Positions 29,074-39,397 of a stretch of 58,780 nucleotides of DNA are shown piece after piece; within the stretch, counting starts at the first letter, position 1; each line of letters starts with the position of its first letter. Both the position numbers and the translations under genes were made by a program. The notes below the pieces were generated by a model. That model was given only the letters and a program-made list of their open reading frames with translations, did not search any database and was not told where the DNA came from. Origin of the DNA: Kiritimatiellia bacterium (GTDB taxonomy: Bacteria; Verrucomicrobiota; Kiritimatiellia; SLAD01); assembly GCA_007125875.1 (NCBI GenBank), contig SLCI01000094.1, positions 1 to 58,780 on the forward strand, given 5' to 3'.

Positions 29074-30098
29074 GTGCAGAACGTTCACCAACACTGCACC
29101 GACCGGGGCTGGATTCGTTGCGGACGGTCTCCATCATTGCCACGGGCTCCTATGTGCCCGACCGCGTGTTGACCAATACCGAACTGGAAAAGTTCGTGGA
29201 TACAACGGATGAATGGATTTACACGCGGACCGGGATTCGTCAGCGCCATATCGCCGAAGATCATCAAGCGACCTCTGACTTGGCCATTGCAGCGGCTCGC
29301 AAGGCGATGGAAAACGGCAATATCCGGCCCGAAGAAATCGATTATCTAATCGTGGCGACGTGTACGCCCGATATGCATTTCCCAAGCACAGCCTGCATGG
29401 TTCAAAAAGAGCTTGGTGCCACAAATGCGGCCTGTGTTGACCTTTCGGCCGCGTGCTCTGGATTTGTCTATGCCATCGATATGGCGCGACAATATATACA
29501 GAGCGGTACAATGAACACGGCACTCGTGATCGGCGCCGAAAAAATGAGCTGTCTGCTCGATTGGGAAGATCGTGCCACCTGTGTCCTATTTGGCGATGGC
29601 GCGGGCGCAGCTATTCTGCAGGCGCGCGGCGATCAATACGGTATTCTCACTAGCGTCCTGGGCGGCGATGGCAAGCTTGGCGACCTGTTGAACGTGCCTG
29701 GCGGTGGCAGCCGTTTACCCATCACCCCTGAAGTACTAGCAGACAAACAGCATGTGCTGAAGATGGCTGGCCGCGAAGTATTCAAGCATGCTGTAACCGG
29801 CATGGCGGGCGCGGCCCAAGAAACCCTCCGCCGTTGCGGCGCAACGATCGACGATGTGGCCTGTATCATCCCACACCAAGCCAATGCACGTATCATTCAG
29901 GCAATCAGTCAACGCATTGATGCGCCGATGGAGAAATTCTACGTCAATTTAGATCGATTTGGTAATACATCCGCCGCTTCTGTGATCATGGCCATTGACG
30001 AAGCGGCGCGGAAAGGCCGCATTCAGCGGGGTGACCTCGTGCTATTGGTAGTATTCGGAGCCGGATTCACGTGGGCGGCAAGCTTGCTGGAGTGGTAG
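29070..30098 (+). CDS. fabH: 3-oxoacyl-ACP synthase III
   Basis: It has the active-site Cys context DLSAACSGFVYA, plus HQAN and GNTSAAS motifs. The start overlaps the plsX stop. Confidence 0.95.
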   Translation: MSAERSPTLHRPGLDSLRTVSIIATGSYVPDRVLTNTELEKFVDTTDEWIYTRTGIRQRHIAEDHQATSDLAIAAARKAMENGNIRPEEIDYLIVATCTPDMHFPSTACMVQKELGATNAACVDLSAACSGFVYAIDMARQYIQSGTMNTALVIGAEKMSCLLDWEDRATCVLFGDGAGAAILQARGDQYGILTSVLGGDGKLGDLLNVPGGGSRLPITPEVLADKQHVLKMAGREVFKHAVTGMAGAAQETLRRCGATIDDVACIIPHQANARIIQAISQRIDAPMEKFYVNLDRFGNTSAASVIMAIDEAARKGRIQRGDLVLLVVFGAGFTWAASLLEW

Positions 30099-30152
30099 AG
30101 TCGTGGGGAATGATCCGGCAATCCGGATGATGGATAGGAGAGGGGAGTTGCA

Positions 30153-31085
30153 ATGAGCAAAACAGCCATAATATTTCCGGGGCAAGGCGCGCAAGCGGTT
30201 GGTATGGGGCAGGACTTAGCCGAAAATATTCCGGCGTGTCGTGACCTATTTACGCATGCCAATGAGGTGCTCGGTTTTGACTTGGCCTCGATTTGCTTCA
30301 ATGGACCCGAAGAAGATTTAACCAAATCAAATCATGCGCAGCCCGCCATCTTTGTCGTGAGTGCGGCGGCCTATGTAGCCTTACAGCAAGCACAGCCTGA
30401 CCTCGAACCCGCGGCACTGGCCGGACTGAGCTCGGGAGAGTGGGCGGCACTGTGGGCAGCAGGTACCGTATCCTTTGAAGATACGCTGCGCGTCTTGGAA
30501 GCGCGCGGACGATTCATGCAGGCCGCCTGTGAAGTGAATGCAGGCGGCATGCTTAGCGTGATCGGCCTGTCTTTAGACACCTTGCAGGAGATTGCAGCAG
30601 CGTGTGACATTCAGATCGCCAACCTGAATTCGCCTGAGCAAACCGTCCTTTCCGGACAGGTTGCGGGCATTGAAAAGGCCGAAACGATGGCTAAAGAAGC
30701 GGGCGCAAAAAGGGCCATCCGACTGAATGTTTCGGGCGCGTTTCATTCCCGTCTAATGGCACCCGCGGCAGCGGAGCTGGCTGACTTTCTACAGGAGGTG
30801 ACCCTCACCGCTCCGAAAGCGCCCGTTGTATCTAATGTAAAAGGCGCGCCCTTCTCGTCGACGGAAGAGATTCGCGAGTTAATGGTGCGACAAGTAACAG
30901 AGTCTGTGCGATGGGTAGAAGACATTCAGTGGATTACTGCTCAAGGCACCACGGGCTTCATCGAATGTGGGCCGGGTAAGGTTTTATCGGGGCTTGTGAA
31001 GCGTATTGACAAGCAAGCAAGCATTCATAACATTCAGGACCAAGCTTCGCTGGCAAAAGTGCTGGAAGCGGTCAATAACAGTTAA
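30153..31085 (+). CDS. fabD: Malonyl-CoA:ACP transacylase
   Basis: FPGQGAQ.VGMG, the GLSSGEW variant of GHSLGE, and SGAFHS motifs are present. Confidence 0.93.
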   Translation: MSKTAIIFPGQGAQAVGMGQDLAENIPACRDLFTHANEVLGFDLASICFNGPEEDLTKSNHAQPAIFVVSAAAYVALQQAQPDLEPAALAGLSSGEWAALWAAGTVSFEDTLRVLEARGRFMQAACEVNAGGMLSVIGLSLDTLQEIAAACDIQIANLNSPEQTVLSGQVAGIEKAETMAKEAGAKRAIRLNVSGAFHSRLMAPAAAELADFLQEVTLTAPKAPVVSNVKGAPFSSTEEIRELMVRQVTESVRWVEDIQWITAQGTTGFIECGPGKVLSGLVKRIDKQASIHNIQDQASLAKVLEAVNNS

Positions 31086-31095
31086 GGATTTTGAT

Positions 31096-31839
31096 ATGGG
31101 TTCATTAGAAGGAAAAGTGGCGCTGGTGACAGGTGCGGCACGAGGGATTGGGCAAGCCACCGCCGTTCGTCTCGCCACCGCTGGCGCAGATCTCGCATTG
31201 TGCGATTTGCAACAGGATTGGGTCGCAGAGACGGCTGAAAAAGTGCGTGCACTCGGGCGTCGTGCCGAATGTTTCACGATGAATGTCGCAGATAGTGCTG
31301 ACATCACGCGGGCGATTGGCGAAGTTGAGGCGGCTTTCGGGCGCATCGATGTATTAGTGAACAATGCCGGTATTACCAAAGATGGATTGATGATGCGGAT
31401 GTCAGAAGAGGATTGGGATGCCGTACTTGACATCAATCTCAAAGGTACGTTTTTGTGTACCAAAGCGGTTTCCCGCATCATGATGAAGCAGCGATCGGGC
31501 TCGATCGTTAATGTCGCTTCAATTATCGGGTTGATCGGAAATCCCGGACAATGTAATTACTCTGCCTCGAAAGCAGGCGTCATCGCCCTAACGAAGACGG
31601 TGGCTAAGGAATTGGCTGCACGGAATATTCGCGCCAACGCGGTAGCGCCCGGCTTCATCAGTACGAAGATGACCGAGGCATTGCCCGAAGACGTACAAAA
31701 GAAAATGTTAGATAACATACCTTTAAAGCGGTTTGGCACGGCGGATGACGTCGCCAACGTGATTACATTCCTGGCTGGCGACGAAGCTGCGTATGTATCC
31801 GGACAAGTGGTAACCGTTTGTGGCGGTATGGTAACCTGA
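31096..31839 (+). CDS. fabG: 3-oxoacyl-ACP reductase
   Basis: SDR motifs are present: [18 protein letters not shown] and YSASKAG. The conserved N-terminus starts at ATG 31096. The 31006 ORF extension overlaps fabD and is rejected. Confidence 0.93.
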   Translation: MGSLEGKVALVTGAARGIGQATAVRLATAGADLALCDLQQDWVAETAEKVRALGRRAECFTMNVADSADITRAIGEVEAAFGRIDVLVNNAGITKDGLMMRMSEEDWDAVLDINLKGTFLCTKAVSRIMMKQRSGSIVNVASIIGLIGNPGQCNYSASKAGVIALTKTVAKELAARNIRANAVAPGFISTKMTEALPEDVQKKMLDNIPLKRFGTADDVANVITFLAGDEAAYVSGQVVTVCGGMVT

Positions 31840-31863
31840 GTGGACCAAATAAGGAGAAAGCAC

Positions 31864-32106
31864 ATGGCACTGGAAGATAAAATCAAAGACATCATCGTTG
31901 AACAATTGGGCGTCGGCGCTGATCAAGTGACGCCGGAGGCCTCGTTTATTGAGGATCTGGGCGCCGATTCCCTCGATACCGTTGAATTGGTGATGGCCTT
32001 CGAAGAAGAATTCGGAGCAGAGATTCCGGATGAGGACGCGGAAAAGCTGACAACCGTTGGCGCCGTCGTCGATTACTTGAAGGAAAAAGGCTTCGGCGAG
32101 GACTAA
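31864..32106 (+). CDS. acpP: Acyl carrier protein
   Basis: The sequence [17 protein letters not shown]...[20 protein letters not shown] includes the DSLD phosphopantetheine site. Confidence 0.96.
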   Translation: MALEDKIKDIIVEQLGVGADQVTPEASFIEDLGADSLDTVELVMAFEEEFGAEIPDEDAEKLTTVGAVVDYLKEKGFGED

Positions 32107-32129
32107 GTCCGGCTGATGTTGTTTAAGCA

Positions 32130-32169
32130 AACCGGGGAGGTCTGTGTACTGCACAGGTTCTCCCCGGTT
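32130..32169 (+). terminator. Stem-loop downstream of acpP (possible attenuator, partial terminator or processing site)
   Basis: A 10-bp stem AACCGGGGAG/CTCCCCGGTT encloses an inner CTGTG/CACAG stem. No U-tract follows, so it is not a canonical intrinsic terminator. Confidence 0.35.
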
Positions 32170-32222
32170 GGCGTAAGTAGAGGTCACTTCTTTAACGCAA
32201 CAAGCGCATAAGAGGGCGAGAT

Positions 32223-33464
32223 ATGGCTGGTCGTAGAGTAGTTGTCACAGGGCTGGGTATTGTTTCTCCATTAGGGTGCGACCCCGAAACCGTTTGGACA
32301 CGCCTCCTCAATGGGGAATCAGGGATTGCCCCTTTGCAGGCGATGGATGTGACTGATTACCCGTCGAAGATCGCCGGGGAAGTGAAAGATTTCGATGTTG
32401 ACGCGTTTATTTCCAAACGCGAGCAACGCCGCATGGATCCCTTCGCTCGCCTAGGCGTTGGAGCCGCTAAACTAGCGGTGATGGATTCTGGTTTACAGTT
32501 CGACCAGGAAGATCCGGATCGTACCGGCGTCATTATCGGCTCCGGTATTGGCGGACTGCATGTCCTGACCCAGCAGGCCAGGAATTTATTTGATAAAGGA
32601 CCGTCTCGCCTATCGCCCTTCATGGTCACTCAAATGATTGTGGATATCGTGGCTGGACATGTAGCGATCGAGTACGGGCTGCGCGGTCCAAACTATTGCA
32701 TCACCTCTGCATGTGCCTCGGCCACACATTGTATCGGCGAATCGCTACGGATCATCCAATATGGCGATGCAGATATGATGATTTGTGGCGGTGCCGAATC
32801 ATCGATTTGTGAGCTTGGCATCGGTGGATTCGCTGCGATGCGCGCTTTATCCACTCGGAATGATGACCCTCAAGGCGCATCTCGCCCATTTGATGCCGAT
32901 CGTGATGGTTTCGTGATCGCGGAAGGGGCAGGTATTTTGGTACTCGAGGAGTATGAACACGCCAAGCGCCGCGGCGCTAGCATTTACTGTGAGCTGGTGG
33001 GCTACGGCCGCACCGCGGATGCGCACCATATTACTGCTCCGCTAGAAGATGGTAGCGGCGGTGCAAAGGCTATGGCATTGGCTGTTGCGGATGCAGGACT
33101 TAACCCGGAAGATATCGACTATCTCAACGCGCACGGCACCAGCACGCCGCTTAATGACAAAGGCGAAACCCTGGCGACGAAAAAGGCCTTGGGCGAAGAG
33201 CACGCGCGCCGAATCATGATCAGCGCGACGAAATCAATGATGGGACACACCTTAGGCGCGGCCGGTGGGGTAGGATCGATAGTCTGTGCGCTAACTTTGC
33301 GCGATGGCAAGGTGCATCCCACCATCAATTACACGACACCGGATCCCGACTGCGATTTGGATTATGTGCCGAACGAAGCGCGCGAGACGCCCATCCGCGC
33401 TTGTCTGAATAATTCGCTAGGTTTTGGCGGTCATAACGCCACGCTTTGCTTCAAGCAGGTGTAA
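32223..33464 (+). CDS. fabF: 3-oxoacyl-ACP synthase II
   Basis: RRVVVTGLG, active-site Cys ITSACASA, HGTSTP and GFGGHN motifs are present. Confidence 0.95.
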   Translation: MAGRRVVVTGLGIVSPLGCDPETVWTRLLNGESGIAPLQAMDVTDYPSKIAGEVKDFDVDAFISKREQRRMDPFARLGVGAAKLAVMDSGLQFDQEDPDRTGVIIGSGIGGLHVLTQQARNLFDKGPSRLSPFMVTQMIVDIVAGHVAIEYGLRGPNYCITSACASATHCIGESLRIIQYGDADMMICGGAESSICELGIGGFAAMRALSTRNDDPQGASRPFDADRDGFVIAEGAGILVLEEYEHAKRRGASIYCELVGYGRTADAHHITAPLEDGSGGAKAMALAVADAGLNPEDIDYLNAHGTSTPLNDKGETLATKKALGEEHARRIMISATKSMMGHTLGAAGGVGSIVCALTLRDGKVHPTINYTTPDPDCDLDYVPNEARETPIRACLNNSLGFGGHNATLCFKQV

Positions 33465-34017
33465 TCATTCTTTCTACCATGCCAAGCGGCAGTCCGATCA
33501 CTGTGTTCGGATCGCCATCAAGCCGTTCGACCATTACGCAACCTTCCTGTTGCAGCGCATAGGCCCCGGCATAGGCCAATGGCTTGGCAATTTCGACATG
33601 GCGTCGGATATGCGCCTCGGACCATTCTCGCATCGTCACATTAACCGTATCATGCTTCGTTTGAAGCGGTTTGCCCGGCACTCCGATCACGCAAACGCCC
33701 GTCATTAGCCGATGGGTGCGCCCGCTCAGTTGCATGAGCATCTGTACCGCGTCCTCGAGGGTCGGGGGTTTGCCGTAGGTTTTGCCGTCCAGGTACAACA
33801 CGGTGTCGGCACCAATTACGATGCTGTCGGGATGCTCTGCAGCAACGGCTGTCGCTTTTTCCTTGGCCAGAAATTCGACATAGCCGCCAGGATCTTCGCC
33901 TGGCTCATAAGGTCGCTCATGGACACCGGAAGGCTGCTGCGTAAACTCATATCCTGCGGCCCGTAACAGGTCCGCCCGCGCACGTGAAAAGGATGCCAAA
34001 ACTAAATTGGTGCTCAT
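33451..34017 (-). CDS. maf: Maf-like nucleoside triphosphate pyrophosphatase
   Basis: LASFSRARADLL (compare LAS.S.RR..LL), IGADTVL, AGAYALQ and GDPNTVIGLP motifs are present. The 3' end overlaps fabF convergently by 14 bp. Confidence 0.88.
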   Translation of the reverse strand: MSTNLVLASFSRARADLLRAAGYEFTQQPSGVHERPYEPGEDPGGYVEFLAKEKATAVAAEHPDSIVIGADTVLYLDGKTYGKPPTLEDAVQMLMQLSGRTHRLMTGVCVIGVPGKPLQTKHDTVNVTMREWSEAHIRRHVEIAKPLAYAGAYALQQEGCVMVERLDGDPNTVIGLPLGMVERMITPA

Positions 34018-34246
34018 AAACCTCTGCTCGCTTGTGTTGATTCGTTCTTATGCGTGACGATATTAATCATCTCATAAAAGCGAATCAATAAATTCTGTTT
34101 TAACGGAAACAGGGTTGCCAATCAACAGGACAGTCTCTATAGTCAGGGGCGTCGAAGGAGGATGTTCTCCACGATCGACCCATATATACGGGAATCGTGT
34201 CTGTCGCTGGAGTGATAGGCCGGATGAGTAGAATGAGTTGAAGTAG

Positions 34247-34906
34247 ATGTCGCAAGTATTCGGCCCCTGGGCAAACACAGTAGCAAAACTCAGCATCGTG
34301 CTCGGCGTTTTTTTCGTGGCGGGCTCGCTCGCGTTGCTCGATACCGTTACCCGTTCTTCATACGTTCGCTATACTGGCATTGCCCGCGCTCAACCGATTC
34401 CGTTTAGCCATCTCCATCATGCCAACATGGGGATCGATTGTCGCTATTGCCACACCACGGTTGAAGAGCAAGCATTCGCCAACATCCCGCCGACCAAGGT
34501 ATGTATGGACTGTCATTCCATGGTTTGGTCGGATTCACCCATGCTGGCACCTGTGATTGAAAGCTGGGAAACCGGTGAGCCAATTCAGTGGACGCGCGTG
34601 CATGATATGCCGGATTTTGTCTATTTCGATCACTCGGCCCACGTAAACAAAGGCATCGGTTGCGCTACGTGTCACGGGCGCGTTGATCAGATGCCGCTGG
34701 TATGGAAAGAACAACCCCTTTACATGAAGTGGTGCTTGGAGTGTCATCGCGAGCCGGAACAATTCATTCGTCCTCGTGAAGAGATTTTCAATATGGCCTA
34801 TGAGATGCCTGAGAATCAGCTCGAGCTAGGTAAGCAACTCGTCGAAGAGTATGACGTCAAGACACACAATCACCGTTTAATGGACTGCTGGATTTGTCAT
34901 CGATGA
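34247..34906 (+). CDS. actA: Alternative complex III subunit ActA (pentahaem cytochrome c)
   Basis: An N-terminal TM is followed by five CxxCH motifs: CRYCH, CMDCH, CATCH, CLECH and CWICH. It is the first gene of the act cluster. Confidence 0.85.
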   Translation: MSQVFGPWANTVAKLSIVLGVFFVAGSLALLDTVTRSSYVRYTGIARAQPIPFSHLHHANMGIDCRYCHTTVEEQAFANIPPTKVCMDCHSMVWSDSPMLAPVIESWETGEPIQWTRVHDMPDFVYFDHSAHVNKGIGCATCHGRVDQMPLVWKEQPLYMKWCLECHREPEQFIRPREEIFNMAYEMPENQLELGKQLVEEYDVKTHNHRLMDCWICHR

Positions 34907-37900
34907 AATGGAATCAAGAAGAGCTCTCACGAGAAGATTTGCTGAGCGGTAAGCGCCCTGGCCAGCCGACAGCGATTCTTGACTCGGCACAGGCTGCGCA
35001 GCAAGCCAAGGCCGATGAGATCGTTTTCAAACAGCATCAAGACCGGCGACTGGATTTGGCCGAAGTGCGCACAGCATTAGCCGGCAAAGAGGGCGTCGCG
35101 TATTGGAATAGCCTGGAAGAGTTATGCGAGGATCCAGCCTTCACGGAGTTGATGGCCAAAGAATTTCCTAGTCTGCCCGAAACAACCGAGGGATTAGATC
35201 GACGCAGCTTCTTGAAGCTTATGGGCGCATCGCTGGCGATGGCCGGACTCACCGCCTGTACACGCCAGCCGAAAGAATTAATCGTGCCTTACGTGCGCGC
35301 TCCGGAAGAGTTTATTCCGGGTAAGTCCTCCTATTTTGCCACCTCGATGACGCTGGGCGGGTATGCCATGGGGCTATTGGCCGAATCGCATATGGGACGG
35401 CCAACCAAGCTGGAGGGCAATGAGTTACATCCCGCCAGCCTAGGAGCAACCAATGCATTTGCTCAGGCTTCTATTTTGGGGATGTATGATCCCGATCGCT
35501 CTCAAGCCGTTGCGCATGAAGGAGATCCGTCAACGTGGCAGGCGTTTATTGATGCGCTGGGGCAACAGCTTACCAGTCAAGACGCGACACAAGGAGCAGG
35601 ACTCCGCATTCTAACCGAAACCGTCACTTCGCCATCGCAAGCGCAACTTTTGACGGAGCTGCTCGACAAGTATCCGCGCGCAAAATGGGTACAATATGAG
35701 GCCATCAACCGCGATCAAGCCTATCAGGGCGCACAGGTCGCGTTTGGCGAGATGGTTGACACGATTTATCACTTTGACCGGGCGAATGTGATTTTGGCGT
35801 TGGACGCGGATGTCCTGGGCGAAGGTCCGGCGCATGTGCGCTATGCCCGCGATTTCAGCACGCGCCGCGATGTCAGTGGTGGATCGACTGACATGAATCG
35901 CTTGTATGTGATCGAAAGTGTTCCATCCATCACCGGTGCATCCGCCGATCACCGTTTGGCGATGCGATCGTCGGATATCGAGCGTTGGATGCGAGCCTTG
36001 GCGCGGGCGTTTGGTATTGATGCACCCGGTCCGGAGCTTAGTGGTGCCGAACAGGAATGGATGTCGGCGATTGCGACAGATCTTCGCGAGCAAGGCTCAA
36101 AAGGCGTGATTGTTGTGGGTGACCGACAGCCGGCGGTGGTGCATGCGCTGGCGCATGCCATTCATGGGGTACTCGGTAGTGCCGGCGATTCACTCACGTA
36201 TGTTGAGCCGGTTGCCGCTCGCGCGGACGTGCAAACGCCCGCCTTGCGTGAGTTGGTAGAAGAAATGTCAGACGGTTCGGTTGAGCTGCTGTTAATGCTC
36301 GATACCAACCCCGTATTAACGGTCCCCGGCGATATTGATTTTGGTGATGCGCTGCAACGCGTTCCATTTTCCGCGCATCTTGGTCTATATAAAGATGAGA
36401 CGGCCGCCTTAAGTTCTTGGCATGTGCCGATGGCGCATTACTTAGAAGGGTGGGGGGACGCGCGAGCGTTCGATGGCACGTTTTCGATTATTCAGCCGCT
36501 GATCGCGCCTCTCTATGATGGTAAAACGTCACAGCAAATTTTAGCGCTGCTACTCGGTGATACCGAGACAACTGCGCACGACCTCGTGCGGAACTATTGG
36601 CGTGAGCACGGACTCAGTGGGAGCTTTGATCAGGATTGGCGCCGGGCTTTACACGATGGTTTAGTCGCGGATTCAGCCGCTTCAGCCAAGCGGGTACAGG
36701 CACAGGCCACCTTTGATGCGTATGAAGAGACGTCGTCTGACCTTGAGGTCGTTATTACACCTGATTCAGCGGTATGGGATGGACGTTTTGCGAATAATGC
36801 GTGGTTGCAAGAAATGCCTCGCTCGCTGTCCAAGTTGACGTGGGATAACGTGGTCATGATCGCCCCAGCCACCGCGGAATCATTGAGCCTGACGAATGGT
36901 GATGAGGTTACAGTCACGGTAGCCGGTCGTTCGGTGACTGGCCCTGTGTGGGTCCAACCCGGTCATGCGCAGAACTCTATCAGTGTACAGATCGGTTATG
37001 GACGTACGCAAGCCGGCCAAGTCGGCAGTGAGGTTGGGTTTGATGCCTATACATTGCGCAGCTCGGTTGCGCCCTGGTTTGCAGTGGGTGCCTCTGTGCA
37101 GTCGACCGGTGGTCGACATCGCTTAGCGACAACTCAAATGCATGGCCGAATGGAGGGGCTGAAAGATCGAAAACTCGTGCGCGTCGGCTCGCTGGCTCAA
37201 TTTTTGCAAAATCCGGAATTTGCCCACGAAGGCGTTCATGATCCTGCAGAGGATGAAACGCTCTATCCGCCTTACGACTATAGTCAGGGGTACCAATGGG
37301 GTATGACGATCGACCTGAATCGTTGTATCGGTTGCAATGCCTGTCTGGTTGCCTGTCAGTCGGAAAACAATATTCCGGTTGTGGGCAAAGATAACGCTGC
37401 GATGGGACGGACCATGCATTGGATTCGGATTGATCGCTACTTTGCGGGCGATATGGATGATCCTGAAATCCATCATCAACCGTTGACTTGTATGCATTGT
37501 GAATTGGCACCATGTGAACCGGTATGCCCTGTAGGCGCAACCGTCCACAGCGCCGATGGCCTCAATCAGATGGTCTACAACCGCTGCGTCGGTACGCGCT
37601 ATTGCGCGAACAATTGTCCGTATAAGGTGCGCCGTTTCAATTTTTATCAGTACGCGGATGAGACCACGCCTCAGCTGAAGCTGATGCGCAATCCGAACGT
37701 TACCGTGCGTACGCGTGGTGTAATGGAAAAATGCACCTACTGCATTCAGCGTATTAGCGAAGCGCGCATCAAAGCCGAGCGTGATCACCGCACGATTCAA
37801 GACAATGATCTCAAGTCGGCCTGCCAGCAGGTTTGTCCGACCCAAGCGATCGCTTTTGGGGATATCAATAATCCCGAAAGCGAAGTCTCGAAGCGCAAGG

Positions 37901-38013
37901 CGCATTCACTTAATTACGCACTGCTGGGCGAATTGAACGTTCGCCCACGCACGACCTACCTCGCTAAAGTCAATAATCCCAATCAGCTACTGGGCTCGGG
38001 AGAGGTTGCATAA
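34903..38013 (+). CDS. actB: Alternative complex III subunit ActB (fused molybdopterin-oxidoreductase-like and 4Fe-4S ferredoxin-like domains)
   Basis: YWNSLEEL...DRRSFLKLMGAS is a Tat-type motif. The C-terminal Cys clusters are CIGCNAC..C, CMHCELAPC..C and CVGTRYC...C. The start is uncertain: ATG 34903 overlaps the actA stop, and the ORF is open from 34894. Confidence 0.88.
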   Translation: MKWNQEELSREDLLSGKRPGQPTAILDSAQAAQQAKADEIVFKQHQDRRLDLAEVRTALAGKEGVAYWNSLEELCEDPAFTELMAKEFPSLPETTEGLDRRSFLKLMGASLAMAGLTACTRQPKELIVPYVRAPEEFIPGKSSYFATSMTLGGYAMGLLAESHMGRPTKLEGNELHPASLGATNAFAQASILGMYDPDRSQAVAHEGDPSTWQAFIDALGQQLTSQDATQGAGLRILTETVTSPSQAQLLTELLDKYPRAKWVQYEAINRDQAYQGAQVAFGEMVDTIYHFDRANVILALDADVLGEGPAHVRYARDFSTRRDVSGGSTDMNRLYVIESVPSITGASADHRLAMRSSDIERWMRALARAFGIDAPGPELSGAEQEWMSAIATDLREQGSKGVIVVGDRQPAVVHALAHAIHGVLGSAGDSLTYVEPVAARADVQTPALRELVEEMSDGSVELLLMLDTNPVLTVPGDIDFGDALQRVPFSAHLGLYKDETAALSSWHVPMAHYLEGWGDARAFDGTFSIIQPLIAPLYDGKTSQQILALLLGDTETTAHDLVRNYWREHGLSGSFDQDWRRALHDGLVADSAASAKRVQAQATFDAYEETSSDLEVVITPDSAVWDGRFANNAWLQEMPRSLSKLTWDNVVMIAPATAESLSLTNGDEVTVTVAGRSVTGPVWVQPGHAQNSISVQIGYGRTQAGQVGSEVGFDAYTLRSSVAPWFAVGASVQSTGGRHRLATTQMHGRMEGLKDRKLVRVGSLAQFLQNPEFAHEGVHDPAEDETLYPPYDYSQGYQWGMTIDLNRCIGCNACLVACQSENNIPVVGKDNAAMGRTMHWIRIDRYFAGDMDDPEIHHQPLTCMHCELAPCEPVCPVGATVHSADGLNQMVYNRCVGTRYCANNCPYKVRRFNFYQYADETTPQLKLMRNPNVTVRTRGVMEKCTYCIQRISEARIKAERDHRTIQDNDLKSACQQVCPTQAIAFGDINNPESEVSKRKAHSLNYALLGELNVRPRTTYLAKVNNPNQLLGSGEVA

Positions 38014-39395
38014 TGGCAACAGACTCTTCCAACTACCAAGAAGAGGTGCTGGGGCAGGCCGATGTGATGCTGGGTCCAGGGCAGACCTTCGAGTCCATCG
38101 ATCGCGATATTACCGATATTGTGCTCACCAATAAACCGCCGAAGGCATGGTGGATTGGGCTAGGCATAGCAGGTGCCCTGATGGGTGTGTTGATGCTGTC
38201 CGTTGTCATGTTGCTCTTTTTCGGCGTGGGGATTTGGGGGATCAACTCGCCAGTGGGGTGGGGGATCGCCATCGTAAATATGGTTTGGTGGATTGGGATT
38301 GGCCATGCAGGTACGCTGATTTCAGCGATCCTGTTTTTGTTCCGTCAGGATTGGCGAACATCGATCAATCGATTTGCCGAAGCTATGACGTTGTTTGCAG
38401 TCTCCGCGGCCGGACTCTTTCCCGTCTTGCACTTGGGGCGACCGTGGATGGTGTACTGGTTTTTCCCATATCCCAACACGCTTGGGATGTATCCGCAGTT
38501 TCGTAGTCCCTTGATGTGGGACGTCTTCGCTATTTCGGCGTATGCCACCATTTCTGCGCTATTCTGGTACATCGGCATGGTGCCTGACTTGGCGACCATG
38601 CGGGATCGCGCCAAGCTTAAGATTCAGAAGATCATCTACGGTATATTCGCCGTGGGCTGGCGCGGATCGGCTACTCATTGGCATCGGTATGAAGTCGCTT
38701 ATCTGCTGTTTGCAGGACTCGCAACCCCGTTAGTCGTATCGGTACACAGTATTGTGGCACTTGACTTTGCGGCATCTGTCATTCCGGGCTGGCATACCAC
38801 CATCTTCCCGCCTTATTTCGTGGCCGGAGCCGTTTTCTCCGGGTTCGCGATGGTGCTGACGTTGACCATTCCCTTGCGGAAGATTTACCACCTCGAACAC
38901 TTCATCACGCTGCGCCATATCGACAACATGTCAAAAATCATGTTGGCCAATGGATTAATCGTTTTTTACGGCTATCTGAACGAAGTATTCTTCGGTTGGT
39001 ATAGTGCCCATGAGTTTGAGATGTACATGATCTGGAATCGTATGACCGGTCCCTATGCGTGGTCGTTCTGGGCCCTGATTTTCTGCAATGGTGTGGTGCC
39101 TCAGCTCTTATGGATGCGTCGCATACGGCGTAATACGATCGCAATCTTCTGTATCGCCATCGTGATTAATATCGGGATGTGGCTCGAGCGCTTTGTGATT
39201 GTCGTCACAAGCTTGCATCGGGATTTCTTACCCTCCTCATGGGGAATGTATACTCCGACTGGCTGGGACTGGGCGTTGTATGCCGGCAGCGCAGGATTCT
39301 TCTTCTTTGCCATGTTCTTGTTCTTGCGCTGGGTGCCCATGATCTCGATCTTTGAGGTGAAAGAAGTCGTGCACAAAATGGAGCATAAGCACTGA
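38013..39395 (+). CDS. actC: Alternative complex III subunit ActC (NrfD/PsrC-like quinol-interacting membrane subunit)
   Basis: It is a 460-aa polytopic membrane protein of NrfD type. Its position follows actB, with the start overlapping the actB stop (TAATG). Confidence 0.85.
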   Translation: MATDSSNYQEEVLGQADVMLGPGQTFESIDRDITDIVLTNKPPKAWWIGLGIAGALMGVLMLSVVMLLFFGVGIWGINSPVGWGIAIVNMVWWIGIGHAGTLISAILFLFRQDWRTSINRFAEAMTLFAVSAAGLFPVLHLGRPWMVYWFFPYPNTLGMYPQFRSPLMWDVFAISAYATISALFWYIGMVPDLATMRDRAKLKIQKIIYGIFAVGWRGSATHWHRYEVAYLLFAGLATPLVVSVHSIVALDFAASVIPGWHTTIFPPYFVAGAVFSGFAMVLTLTIPLRKIYHLEHFITLRHIDNMSKIMLANGLIVFYGYLNEVFFGWYSAHEFEMYMIWNRMTGPYAWSFWALIFCNGVVPQLLWMRRIRRNTIAIFCIAIVINIGMWLERFVIVVTSLHRDFLPSSWGMYTPTGWDWALYAGSAGFFFFAMFLFLRWVPMISIFEVKEVVHKMEHKH

Positions 39396-39397
39396 TC

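Noticed and set aside
31006-31095. N-terminal ORF-track extensions for fabG (31006), carA (6977), acpP (31840), coaD (26853), the EEP gene (25137) and the AKR gene (19140).
   Set aside because: The extensions overlap upstream genes or precede the conserved family N-termini. Internal ATGs with better RBS or overlap context reproduce the canonical protein starts.
36980-37905. Long antisense ORFs inside actB (37123-37905, 260 aa; 36980-37540, 186 aa). Similar ones occur at 25942-26637 (231 aa) and 13908-14489 (193 aa).
   Set aside because: Each lies fully within and opposite a gene with strong family motifs. The translations are Arg/His/Pro-rich and low in complexity, typical of antisense frames in moderately GC-rich DNA.
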